From NCBI RefSeq assembly GCF_016592615.1, contig NZ_AP013043.1, positions 840,001-872,000 on the forward strand: a DNA stretch of 32,000 nt. Reading direction: 5' to 3'. Within the stretch, counting starts at the first letter, position 1. Each line of letters begins with the position of its first letter. Below, piece after piece: positions 24,312-32,000 of this stretch. This DNA is from Isorropodon fossajaponicum endosymbiont JTNG4. Lineage in GTDB: Bacteria > Pseudomonadota > Gammaproteobacteria > PS1 > Pseudothioglobaceae. Under the pieces are notes generated by a model. That model was not told the origin of the DNA, made no database searches, and was given only the letters and a program-made list of their open reading frames with translations. The position numbers were made by a program, and so were the translations under genes.

Positions 24312-25805
24312 TTAAAGAAAGTATTGATAGGCTTTATTGTTGGTTTCATTTTGATAGAAATAGCCCAGTTCATCAAACTTTTGCTCAAGTTTGGGTGCAT
24401 CACTGGCTTGTAAACCAATTAGTACACGACCAAAGTCAGCACTATGATTACGATAGTGGAATAATGAAATATTCCAATAACTACCAATTTTTTTTAGAAA
24501 ATTAAGTAAAGCACCTGGTCGTTCAGGAAATTCAAAACGATAAATAACTTCATTTTTACAATTTGCACGACCACCTACCATGTAGCGAATATGCGTTTTT
24601 GCGATTGAATTATCACTCATATCTAGCACACCGAATGATTTTGATAGCTTATCCAACAAGGCTTTCTTTTCGCTCAACCCCTCATTCAAAGCCACACCAA
24701 CAAAAATACGTGCTTGAGCATCCGACCCAAAACGATAATTAAACTCAGTGATTACGTGGTTATCTAGCATCTGGCAGAATGTTAAAAAACTCCCTGGTTT
24801 TTCGTCAATAGTAACAGCAATAATAGCCTCATTATGCCCGCCTAAATCAGCGCGTTCTGAAATATAACGTAAACGGTCAAAATTAACATTTGCACCTGAC
24901 ACAATTGAGACAATATTTTCATTTTTTATATTGTTATTTTCAATATATTTTTTCACCCCAGCAGTTGCCAATGCGCCTGCAGGTTCAGCGATTGAACGCA
25001 CATCTTCATAAATATCTTTAATGGCAGCGCAAATCTCATCATTACTAACCAAAATTACTTCATCAACCACCTGCTTGGCAATAGGGTAAGTTTGCTCACC
25101 GATTTGTTTAACCGCCACGCCATCAGCAAAGCATCCTACATCTTTTAATACCACGCGCTTGTTGTTTTTCAATGCTTGGTAAAGTGTGGGCGAGTCTTCT
25201 GGCTCAACACCAATTACTTTAATATTAGGTGCATAATGCTTGATATAAGTTGCCATGCCAGCAATTAAGCCGCCACCACCAACAGGAATAAAAACCTTAT
25301 CCATACTTGGCAGTTGCTCTAATAATTCCTTGGCAATGGTTGCCTGTCCTGCCATGACTTCAACATCATCAAAGGCGTGAATAAAGACCAAATCTTGGCT
25401 TTTTTCTAACTGTTTGGCATATTGGTAAGCATCATCATACACATCGCCATGCAGGACGACTTTTGCACCTGATTGCTCAACAGCGTTAACTTTAATCCTA
25501 GGTGTTGAAAACGGCATAACAATAATCGCACTAATACCTAATTTTTTAGCAGACAGGGCAACACCTTGCGCGTGATTACCTGCGCTGGACGCTACGACAC
25601 CTTTAGAGGCTTGTTCGGCAGACAGGTTTGAAATTTTCTGATACGCACCTCGAAGTTTGAAGGTGTGAATAGCCAGTTTATCTTCTCTTTTAAGATAAAT
25701 TCTATTGCAAACGCGCTTAGATAATTGAGACGCAAAAGACAATGGCGTAACACTTGCCACTTCATAAACACGTGTATCGTTTGCTAAATCAATAATGCGT
25801 TGCAT
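24312..25805 (-). CDS. ilvA: Biosynthetic threonine ammonia-lyase (threonine dehydratase)
   Basis: Colinear with E. coli IlvA: KREDKLAIHTFKLRGAY, SAGNHAQGVALSA, PVGGGGLIAGM, SGANVNFDRLRYISERA, and C-terminal ACT-like regulatory repeats ending NISLFHYRNH. I chose the ATG at 25805 (MQRIIDLANDTRVYEV) because the track N-terminal extension overlaps the upstream gene. Confidence 0.95.
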   Translation of the reverse strand: MQRIIDLANDTRVYEVASVTPLSFASQLSKRVCNRIYLKREDKLAIHTFKLRGAYQKISNLSAEQASKGVVASSAGNHAQGVALSAKKLGISAIIVMPFSTPRIKVNAVEQSGAKVVLHGDVYDDAYQYAKQLEKSQDLVFIHAFDDVEVMAGQATIAKELLEQLPSMDKVFIPVGGGGLIAGMATYIKHYAPNIKVIGVEPEDSPTLYQALKNNKRVVLKDVGCFADGVAVKQIGEQTYPIAKQVVDEVILVSNDEICAAIKDIYEDVRSIAEPAGALATAGVKKYIENNNIKNENIVSIVSGANVNFDRLRYISERADLGGHNEAIIAVTIDEKPGSFLTFCQMLDNHVITEFNYRFGSDAQARIFVGVALNEGLSEKKALLDKLSKSFGVLDMSDNSIAKTHIRYMVGGRANCKNEVIYRFEFPERPGALLNFLKKIGSYWNISLFHYRNHSADFGRVLIGLQASDAPKLEQKFDELGYFYQNETNNKAYQYFL

Positions 25806-26550
25806 GCAGTTCTCGTAGATACGCCACATCAACATAAGTTGCATTAGTCGCATCACCTTTGATTAAGTCAAAAGGCTTATCTTTATCACCTAAATGGTCA
25901 AGCACAACCAACGCACCATCAAATTCATACTTATCTGTATATTCATTAACTGTAATAACGGTCTTAAGTCCAGCTTGTGTTGCCGAAATAATGCCATTAT
26001 GTGAATCTTCAAAGGCCAGGCATTGAGCAGGGCCTAAGTTCATTTGCTCTAGCACATAGGTATAAATATCACCAGCTGGCTTTAGCTTTGGCACAATATT
26101 ACCAGCACCAATCACTTCAAACCAGTCTAGTGCTCCAGATCCTAATGTATTTGCAATCAAGGCATCAACATTAGCAGGGGTTGTGGTTGTGGCAATTGCC
26201 AACCTAAGATTGGTCTTTCTTACCTCATTAAACAAACGCTTAACGCCTGTTCTCAAAGGCACTGCACCTTCATCCATTAAACGTACATAAATTTTAGTTT
26301 TTAACTGATGGATAGAGGCAACAAAATCATCCAAATGTTGATGTTCAAACGCTGGGTTGTATTTTTTTAAATAATATTTAATCCGCAATTGTCCTCCTGT
26401 CACATTGAGTAGTTTGTGGTAAATCTCATTTGACCAATGCCAATCTAGACCCAACTCTTTAAATGCCAAATTAAAGGCCTTTAAATGCCCGTCACGCTCA
26501 GTATTTGCCAAAGTTCCGTCAACGTCAAAAATTAATGCTTCTAATGCCAT
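25789..26550 (-). CDS. cbbY: HAD-superfamily phosphatase, CbbY-like
   Basis: LIFDVDGTLANTE (DxDGT motif) with overall resemblance to CbbY (..AFN.AF..LG.DW.W....Y..LL..TGG..RI..Y; ATTT..NV.AL). Confidence 0.7.
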   Translation of the reverse strand: MALEALIFDVDGTLANTERDGHLKAFNLAFKELGLDWHWSNEIYHKLLNVTGGQLRIKYYLKKYNPAFEHQHLDDFVASIHQLKTKIYVRLMDEGAVPLRTGVKRLFNEVRKTNLRLAIATTTTPANVDALIANTLGSGALDWFEVIGAGNIVPKLKPAGDIYTYVLEQMNLGPAQCLAFEDSHNGIISATQAGLKTVITVNEYTDKYEFDGALVVLDHLGDKDKPFDLIKGDATNATYVDVAYLRELHATHY

Positions 26551-26639
26551 AAAAAATTTATAATGAGAAATATAAAAAATAAATTGCTATTTTAAGGCAG
26601 TTTAGGTATAAACATACTTTTTTAATTAATCTAGTTATT

Positions 26640-27050
26640 ATGCCACAACCAAACTACCAAGAAATTCCTAATTACCAGCCTAAAAAAAATGAAGAATTTA
26701 TGAATGATGCTCAGCTTGAGCATTTCAAAAATAAATTAAATTCATGGAGGGAACAATTAGTTGATGATGCTGAATCAACCATTAATCATATCCAAGAAGA
26801 TTCAAATCAGGTTGCTGATATTAACGATAGAGCTACCCTTGAAGAAGAATTTGCTCTAGAGTTAAGAACACGCGATCGTGAAAGAAAACTGATTGGTAAA
26901 ATTGACAAAACTTTACACATTATTGAACTGGGCGATTATGGCTTTTGTAAAACCTGTGGTGCTGAAATTTCCTTGATACGACTAGAGGCGCGCCCCACTG
27001 CTGATGAATGTATTGATTGCAAAACCATTGCAGAGAAAAAAGAAGTTTAA
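26640..27050 (+). CDS. dksA: RNA polymerase-binding transcription factor DksA
   Basis: 136 aa with a coiled-coil region carrying acidic tip residues (VADINDRATLEEEFALELRTRDRERKLI) and a C4 zinc finger CKTCGAEI...CIDCKT. Confidence 0.92.
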   Translation: MPQPNYQEIPNYQPKKNEEFMNDAQLEHFKNKLNSWREQLVDDAESTINHIQEDSNQVADINDRATLEEEFALELRTRDRERKLIGKIDKTLHIIELGDYGFCKTCGAEISLIRLEARPTADECIDCKTIAEKKEV

Positions 27051-27087
27051 AAATATATTTGACGAGCAGAAAATACCTACCCGTCAA

Positions 27088-28017
27088 TTAAAAGTGTTGA
27101 TAAGAACAACATGGCCTATCAAAAGACCCAATTTTGGTTAACACCATAGAATCGTTAATAATGCCAATTTGAGTGACTGTAATGTTGTTTTTATTTTGTA
27201 ATGCTTTGAGTAAATTCATATTTTTAACTGGCACAGTAAAACACAATTCATAATCATCACCACCTGCAAGTATCAAACACCAATCATTGGTCTTTTTAAT
27301 ATAGGCTTTGACTTCATTGGTCAATGGAATATCATCAAGATTAATACTTGCACCCACGTTAGAACGAGTCAAAATGTGTGTTAAATCTTGCTCTAAACCA
27401 TCAGAAATATCAATACAAGCATTGGCAATATCTGGCAATTGTCGCCCTAGAAATAGCTGGGGTTTTGGTCTATTAAATTGGTTAATAACGTGCTCAGAAG
27501 GCGCTTGGTTGTTTTGTAATTGCTTCCAAGCATAAGCCGCGTCACCAATCGTATTAGACACAAAAATCAAATCCCCTACTTGGGCAGATGAGCGCAATAA
27601 AGCTTTGTTCTTTTCAACCACACCAGTAACATTGATGGTGATGCTAAGTGCGCCTCTTGTGGTATCACCACCAACCAACACAATGCCAAATTCATCTGCT
27701 AAAGATTTAAGTGAGGTAGAAAACTGACTAAGCCATTTTTTGTTAGTATTTGGCAATGTTAAGGCAAGTGTCAAATATTTTGCACGTGCACCCATTGCTG
27801 CCAAATCACTTAAATTAACTGCCAGGGCTTTATAAGCAATATCACTGGCACTGGTATTTGAGGGAAAATGCACGCCTTCAATCAAAGTATCAACGCTGGT
27901 TACTAATTGGTAATTAGCATCTATATCAATAACAGCGCAATCATCACCGATACCTAAATTAACTAAATTTGAACTATCCCAATTAAAATAGGTTTCAATT
28001 AGAGAGAACTCATTCAC
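27088..28017 (-). CDS. thiL: Thiamine-monophosphate kinase
   Basis: EFSLIETYF, GIGDDCAVI, DTLIEGVHF, AVNLSDLAAMGA and GGDTT motifs. The start appears to be GTG at 28017. Confidence 0.9.
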   Translation of the reverse strand: MNEFSLIETYFNWDSSNLVNLGIGDDCAVIDIDANYQLVTSVDTLIEGVHFPSNTSASDIAYKALAVNLSDLAAMGARAKYLTLALTLPNTNKKWLSQFSTSLKSLADEFGIVLVGGDTTRGALSITINVTGVVEKNKALLRSSAQVGDLIFVSNTIGDAAYAWKQLQNNQAPSEHVINQFNRPKPQLFLGRQLPDIANACIDISDGLEQDLTHILTRSNVGASINLDDIPLTNEVKAYIKKTNDWCLILAGGDDYELCFTVPVKNMNLLKALQNKNNITVTQIGIINDSMVLTKIGSFDRPCCSYQHF

Positions 28018-28526
28018 TAACTTTGTGGGTATTTTTGTGCCAGTTTTTGATCAACCTCGCCACGACCCGCATTAAACATTGAACCAGAACCTAGCACGAC
28101 AGACACCAAAATACAAAAAAATAATGGCACCACACCTAACAAACTCAAAATTGAGTCAATAATTCTTGTACCATCCATGCTTGCAGGTGCATCGTTTGAA
28201 ATAATCAACGTTAACGAAGTGACTAAAAAATAAAAAATATAAGCACCAATCAATAATTTATAACGATTAAGTGAAAGCTGCCAGTGCAAATAAACCAGAT
28301 ACGGGTCATTGCTTTTGGCTTTTTTAGTCCGAAAATAAGTATAGATGATGATTATAAAGGAAATTAAAATAGACAAACCAATTGCGCTACTCATGTCAGT
28401 ATTTAGCAATTTAATCAAACCTAAGGTAAGAAATAAATGGACAATAACTGTATTAATAGTGAACAATTCGTGCGCTACTTTGGCGTCTCTACGCTCTTTA
28501 GCACTGGCATCAATAGTAATAATCAT
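28017..28526 (-). CDS. Integral membrane protein, unknown function
   Basis: ATG at 28526. Four hydrophobic segments. The stop overlaps the thiL start by 1 nt. Confidence 0.6.
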   Translation of the reverse strand: MIITIDASAKERRDAKVAHELFTINTVIVHLFLTLGLIKLLNTDMSSAIGLSILISFIIIIYTYFRTKKAKSNDPYLVYLHWQLSLNRYKLLIGAYIFYFLVTSLTLIISNDAPASMDGTRIIDSILSLLGVVPLFFCILVSVVLGSGSMFNAGRGEVDQKLAQKYPQS

Positions 28527-28573
28527 AACCGCTAAGTTTACACCATATTATCCCAAACCCAGCAGAGTGTTAC

Positions 28574-29152
28574 TTACATATAAGCGTTATCAGTATTGGA
28601 ATGGTCTGTTACATCACGCACCGATTTAATCTCTGGAAAGCGTGTTTTAAGCTGTGTTTCAACACCTTGTTCTAAAGTGGATTTAACCGATGAACAGCCC
28701 TGACAACCACCGCCAAAATTAAGAATAACGTCCATCTGCTTAGTAATCTCGACCAGTTCAACAAAACCACCATGAGAGGCAAGTCCAGGACTGATGTCAG
28801 CAGCAATAACGTATTTTATTTTTTCTTCAAGAGGTGCGTCTTCTTTTGGTTCTTCGCCTTTGGTATTAGGTGCAGTGATGGTTAATTTCTTGCCAGTACC
28901 TGCATCTTTTAATGCCACTTCTGAATCCTTCAAATATTCAAAATTTAACTCATCAATATAGGCATAAAATCCTTCATATTCAAATTTTTGATACGTTTTA
29001 CTTAACTCTTTAGGAAAGCAAAAATTAAAAGTAACTGCGGCGGCAGGTGTGCCGGCTTTTTCAACATCCACCTTTAAGCCAAGGTCTTTTTCATCTTGTT
29101 GAGCAAATAAATCAGCTACATAAACTTTTGCTTCATCGGTAATATCAAACAT
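28574..29152 (-). CDS. nfuA: Fe-S cluster biogenesis protein NfuA
   Basis: Colinear with E. coli NfuA: a degenerate A-type N-terminal domain plus an Nfu C-terminal domain with the FGGGCQGCS motif. Confidence 0.92.
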   Translation of the reverse strand: MFDITDEAKVYVADLFAQQDEKDLGLKVDVEKAGTPAAAVTFNFCFPKELSKTYQKFEYEGFYAYIDELNFEYLKDSEVALKDAGTGKKLTITAPNTKGEEPKEDAPLEEKIKYVIAADISPGLASHGGFVELVEITKQMDVILNFGGGCQGCSSVKSTLEQGVETQLKTRFPEIKSVRDVTDHSNTDNAYM

Positions 29153-29154
29153 GA

Positions 29155-29991
29155 TTATCCTTTTTTAAAAATTATATTGTCAATGAGTCGCACAGAACCT
29201 AAAAACACTGCAGATAATATAACAATTTGATGCGTATTACCAGTGATTTGCCTAAGGGTATTTGCGTCTAATGCCTCAAGATAGTCCAATTTAAAGTATT
29301 GCTTTAAGTCAAACTCTGCCAATTGCTTTAACACATCAACTTTTTTATTTTGTAAAATTTCATGCTTAAAATAAGACAAAATTCTGTACAAATTAGTGGC
29401 AATTTTAGCCTCATTCTCAGATAAATACTGGTTTCGAGCGCTCATTGCTAAGCCACTTTTTTCTCTAATAGTCTCGCCAGATTCTATGCATATATCCAAT
29501 GATGAATTCTTGACCATTTGCTTAATGACCAACAATTGCTGATAATCTTTTTGACCAAAAACTGCAACATCAGGACGTACAATTCCAAACAATATTTCAA
29601 CAACCTGAGCCACCCCATTAAAAAAATGCGGACGTGTTTTACCGCATAAAATCTGTCCAATCTTACCAACATCAGTATGTTTGCTTATACCCTTGGGGTA
29701 AATTTGTTTAACATCTGGAATAAAAACACCATCAACATTTACCTCTAATACTGTCAAATCAGCATTAAGCGTACGTGGATAACTGTCTAAATCTTCATTT
29801 TTACCAAATTGGGCGGGATTAACAAAAATACTAACAATGACTTTATCGGCTTTTTGTTTAGCAATGTCAATTAATGACAAATGTCCTTGGTGTAATCCAC
29901 CCATTGTAGGCACAAATGCGACGGTTTTGCCTTGCGTGTGCCAGTCGTTAACTAGCTTGGTTATTTGAGTATTTTGATAACACAACTGCAT
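29155..29991 (-). CDS. panC: Pantoate--beta-alanine ligase
   Basis: GKTVAFVPTMGGLHQGHLSL aligns exactly with E. coli PanC when the ATG at 29991 is used (TMG at residues 29-31 in both). The track ORF begins at an upstream GTG. Confidence 0.93.
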   Translation of the reverse strand: MQLCYQNTQITKLVNDWHTQGKTVAFVPTMGGLHQGHLSLIDIAKQKADKVIVSIFVNPAQFGKNEDLDSYPRTLNADLTVLEVNVDGVFIPDVKQIYPKGISKHTDVGKIGQILCGKTRPHFFNGVAQVVEILFGIVRPDVAVFGQKDYQQLLVIKQMVKNSSLDICIESGETIREKSGLAMSARNQYLSENEAKIATNLYRILSYFKHEILQNKKVDVLKQLAEFDLKQYFKLDYLEALDANTLRQITGNTHQIVILSAVFLGSVRLIDNIIFKKG

Positions 29992-29995
29992 TGCA

Positions 29996-30778
29996 TTAAT
30001 AACTGTGCTGTTCACCTGGAAAGGACTTATCTTTTACCGCTTTGATAAAAGCATTAACAGCAGACTTAACATCACCACTATCAATTAAGAAATTTTTAAC
30101 AAATTTTGGCACGTGTCCTACATGAATGCCCAGCATATCATAGCTTACCAATACTTGCCCATCACAATTCACGCCAGCACCAATGCCAATAGTAGGAATA
30201 CTTAAAGATTGTGACACTTGTTTAGCCAGATTGGCAGGGACGCATTCTAGCACGATTACTTTAACACCCCAAAATGCCAAAGCCAAAGCATTTTTAATAA
30301 TTTTATCAGCGCTTTGCTTGTCCCTACCTTGCACCTTATAACCGCCCATTTCTATTACCGATTGCGGTTGCAAGCCTAAGTGACCACAAACGGGAATGCC
30401 ATTATCTTGCAAGATTTTAAAAGATGCCTCATGTTCACACCCACCTTCAAATTTTATCATTTGTGCACCCGCTGTTATTAAGCGTTTGGCGTTTGTTAAA
30501 GTTTGTTCAGCATTGGTATAACTTTGATAAGGCATGTCCACAATCCTTAATGCATTTTGCGCACCTTTGGTAGCTGCTTGTGTATGATAAACCATATCAC
30601 CCATACTTACATCTAATGTATTTTCACCGCCTTGGATAACGTTACCAAGTGAGTCTCCTATTAAAATAATGTCAATGCCACACGCGTCAAAAACTGATGC
30701 AAATGAAGCGTCATAAGCAGTTAAGCAAGCAATTTTCTCGCCAGATTGTTTAAAGCCCTTTAGCGCTTCAATGTTCAT
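29996..30778 (-). CDS. panB: 3-methyl-2-oxobutanoate hydroxymethyltransferase
   Basis: KIACLTAYDASFA, LIGDSLGNVIQG, KFEGG and IGIGAG motifs. 260 aa. Confidence 0.95.
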   Translation of the reverse strand: MNIEALKGFKQSGEKIACLTAYDASFASVFDACGIDIILIGDSLGNVIQGGENTLDVSMGDMVYHTQAATKGAQNALRIVDMPYQSYTNAEQTLTNAKRLITAGAQMIKFEGGCEHEASFKILQDNGIPVCGHLGLQPQSVIEMGGYKVQGRDKQSADKIIKNALALAFWGVKVIVLECVPANLAKQVSQSLSIPTIGIGAGVNCDGQVLVSYDMLGIHVGHVPKFVKNFLIDSGDVKSAVNAFIKAVKDKSFPGEQHSY

Positions 30779-31248
30779 AATTTAACCAATTTAGTGATGT
30801 CTAGTTTAGCAATCAAATCTTGAATGGGCCCTAAAACTGGCACTTTCAAATTAGGCTCTAATTCTGCTAATGGTACCAATACAAACGCCCTATTCATCAT
30901 TTGCGGATGTGGAACAATCAATTGCTTAGAGGCAATCACTTGCACACCATAAATAATAATATCCAAGTCAATGGTTCTTGCACCCCATTTTTTCTCGCGC
31001 ACGCGATGCTGTCTAGTCTCAATATCTTGACAAACATACAGCAATTCTAATGCAGTTAAATGCGTATCAACCTGACACATGGCATTGATATAATTAGGCT
31101 GCTTTGAATCGTCAATCGGCTTGGATTGATACAAACTTGACAAACTCACCACTTTAACATCTTTAGTAGAATTAAGCGCAATTAGCGCATCTTTAATTTG
31201 CTGTTTTGGGTTGTTAAGGTTTGAACCCAGTCCGATATATGTTAACAC
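30775..31248 (-). CDS. folK: 2-amino-4-hydroxy-6-hydroxymethyldihydropteridine diphosphokinase
   Basis: YIGLGSNL, WGARTIDLDII and VPHPQMMNRAFVLVPL motifs. GTG start at 31248. The stop overlaps the panB start (ATGA). Confidence 0.92.
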   Translation of the reverse strand: MLTYIGLGSNLNNPKQQIKDALIALNSTKDVKVVSLSSLYQSKPIDDSKQPNYINAMCQVDTHLTALELLYVCQDIETRQHRVREKKWGARTIDLDIIIYGVQVIASKQLIVPHPQMMNRAFVLVPLAELEPNLKVPVLGPIQDLIAKLDITKLVKL

Positions 31249-31280
31249 TAATTTTATTCCTAATTCTTTGTTAATTTTGA

Positions 31281-31303
31281 ACTTGTAAAGAGTCTTTACA
31301 AGT
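31281..31303. other. Perfect 10-bp stem hairpin between orf85 and folK
   Basis: ACTTGTAAAG, loop AGT, CTTTACAAGT. The T-rich run is on the plus-strand side only, so a terminator role for the minus-strand genes is uncertain. Confidence 0.35.
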
Positions 31304-31341
31304 TATTTTTATCTAATTTTTCACTAGTAATCGATCTGTTT

Positions 31342-31599
31342 TTAGCTTGATAAATGGCAGTTGCTTAATTTTTCTTTAAGTTCTAGCTTGTCATCTAAAA
31401 ATAGAGTTACTTCATTATGTTCTATTTCTGTTTTTACAACAATATCAATATTTTCACCATGTAAATTTTCAAGCCAGTTGATTAACTCCTCGGGTGTTTG
31501 TATTTGTGGTTTTATAGGCTCTTTTGGTTTTTTAAGTTTTAGCCAAAAATCTTCTTTGCTATCTACTTTAGTGCAATAGTTTAACCTACTTGGACACAT
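31342..31599 (-). CDS. Hypothetical 85-aa ORF starting inside the putative IS3-family terminal repeat (possible fusion or remnant)
   Basis: The ATG at 31597-31599 lies 1 nt after the transposase stop. The first ~9 codons lie within the probable IS end (31572-31597). No recognisable motif. Confidence 0.35.
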   Translation of the reverse strand: MCPSRLNYCTKVDSKEDFWLKLKKPKEPIKPQIQTPEELINWLENLHGENIDIVVKTEIEHNEVTLFLDDKLELKEKLSNCHLSS

Positions 31600-32000
31600 T
31601 TCAAGCCGCTTTTTTCAATTCAGCCATCTCTTGAGCAGGTGTTAAATACCCAATCGCTGAATGAATCCTTTTGTAATTATACAAGTAGATATAACCCTCT
31701 ACATTTTGCACGACTTCACTATGATTTGCAAAACTTTGATAATTTAATCTCTCAGTCTTCAGACTTCTAAAGAAACGCTCCATGACCGCATTATCCCAAC
31801 AATTACCTCGCCTGCTCATGCTTTGAGTAATGTTGTTCTTGTTGCAATAATCAATAAAAACTTTAGAAGAGTATTGAGTCCCTTGATCAGAGTGGAACAT
31901 GTGTTTATTTGTATTGGGCTGGTGTCTAGACACAGCATTACTAAGCGCATCCTTTGCCAACTGAGCATTAGGCTGTTTTGACAATGCCCAACCAACAACT
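31572..32000 (-). mobile_element. IS3-family insertion sequence, right-hand part (continues beyond the window)
   Basis: OrfB integrase-core C-terminus plus a putative terminal repeat TGCAATAGTTTAACCTACTTGGACAC (31572-31597). The repeat starts with TG and has TTGGAC at positions 19-24, as in the IS150 end that I recall. Confidence 0.6.
31601..32000 (-). CDS. IS3-family transposase OrfB (rve/DDE integrase core), 5' end outside the window
   Basis: HSDQGTQYSS..., SMSRRGNCWDNAVMERFFRSLKTE and YNYKRIHSAIGYLTPAQ are typical IS3-family OrfB motifs. The frame stays open to nt 32000. Confidence 0.9.
   Translation of the reverse strand, partial: VVGWALSKQPNAQLAKDALSNAVSRHQPNTNKHMFHSDQGTQYSSKVFIDYCNKNNITQSMSRRGNCWDNAVMERFFRSLKTERLNYQSFANHSEVVQNVEGYIYLYNYKRIHSAIGYLTPAQEMAELKKAA

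Noticed and set aside
25806-25856. N-terminal extension of the ilvA track ORF (MMRLMQLMLMWRIYENC)
   Set aside because: It overlaps the cbbY-like gene. Alignment with E. coli IlvA supports the ATG at 25805.

Overview
AT-rich, gammaproteobacterium-like chromosomal window. Housekeeping genes (queE, uvrB, aspC-like, icd, ilvA, cbbY-like HAD, dksA, thiL, nfuA, panC, panB, folK) are bracketed by IS fragments: an IS256-family end at 1-131 and an IS3-family orfB at the right edge. The main accessory feature is a ~16 kb integrative island (about 4745-20747) inserted into the 3' end of tRNA-Asn(GTT) (20736-20811, minus strand). It is bounded by a 13-bp direct repeat of the tRNA 3' end (ATGGCTCCTCGAG at 4745-4757 and 20735-20747). 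Its backbone is P4-like or satellite-like: a tyrosine integrase, an AlpA-type regulator and a frameshifted P-loop replication gene. All cargo is on the plus strand. The most interesting cargo is a translationally coupled three-gene module (11449-16647): an MmeI-family-like gamma-class N6A DNA methyltransferase, an SF2 DExH helicase, and a protein with a C-terminal T5orf172/GIY-YIG-like domain. I cannot assign it to Type I, II, III, ISP, BREX or DISARM, so I treat it as a candidate unclassified R-M-like defence system. In this copy the methyltransferase appears broken by a frame-shifting internal deletion of its target-recognition domain. The module is flanked by related GCTATGCA-based palindromes. 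Other cargo includes a 1076-aa helicase IV (HelD)-like protein with an inserted nuclease-like module and C-terminal zinc ribbons, an XRE regulator followed by two tiny ORFs, a DUF1311 protein, and a secreted TolA-domain / Sel1 / membrane-protein trio. Outside the island, two tandem paralogues encode secreted Gly/Asn/Trp-rich repeat proteins that share a 334-bp identical block; they may be sulfur-globule-like structural proteins. All functional calls rest on motif recognition by eye. No searches were run.
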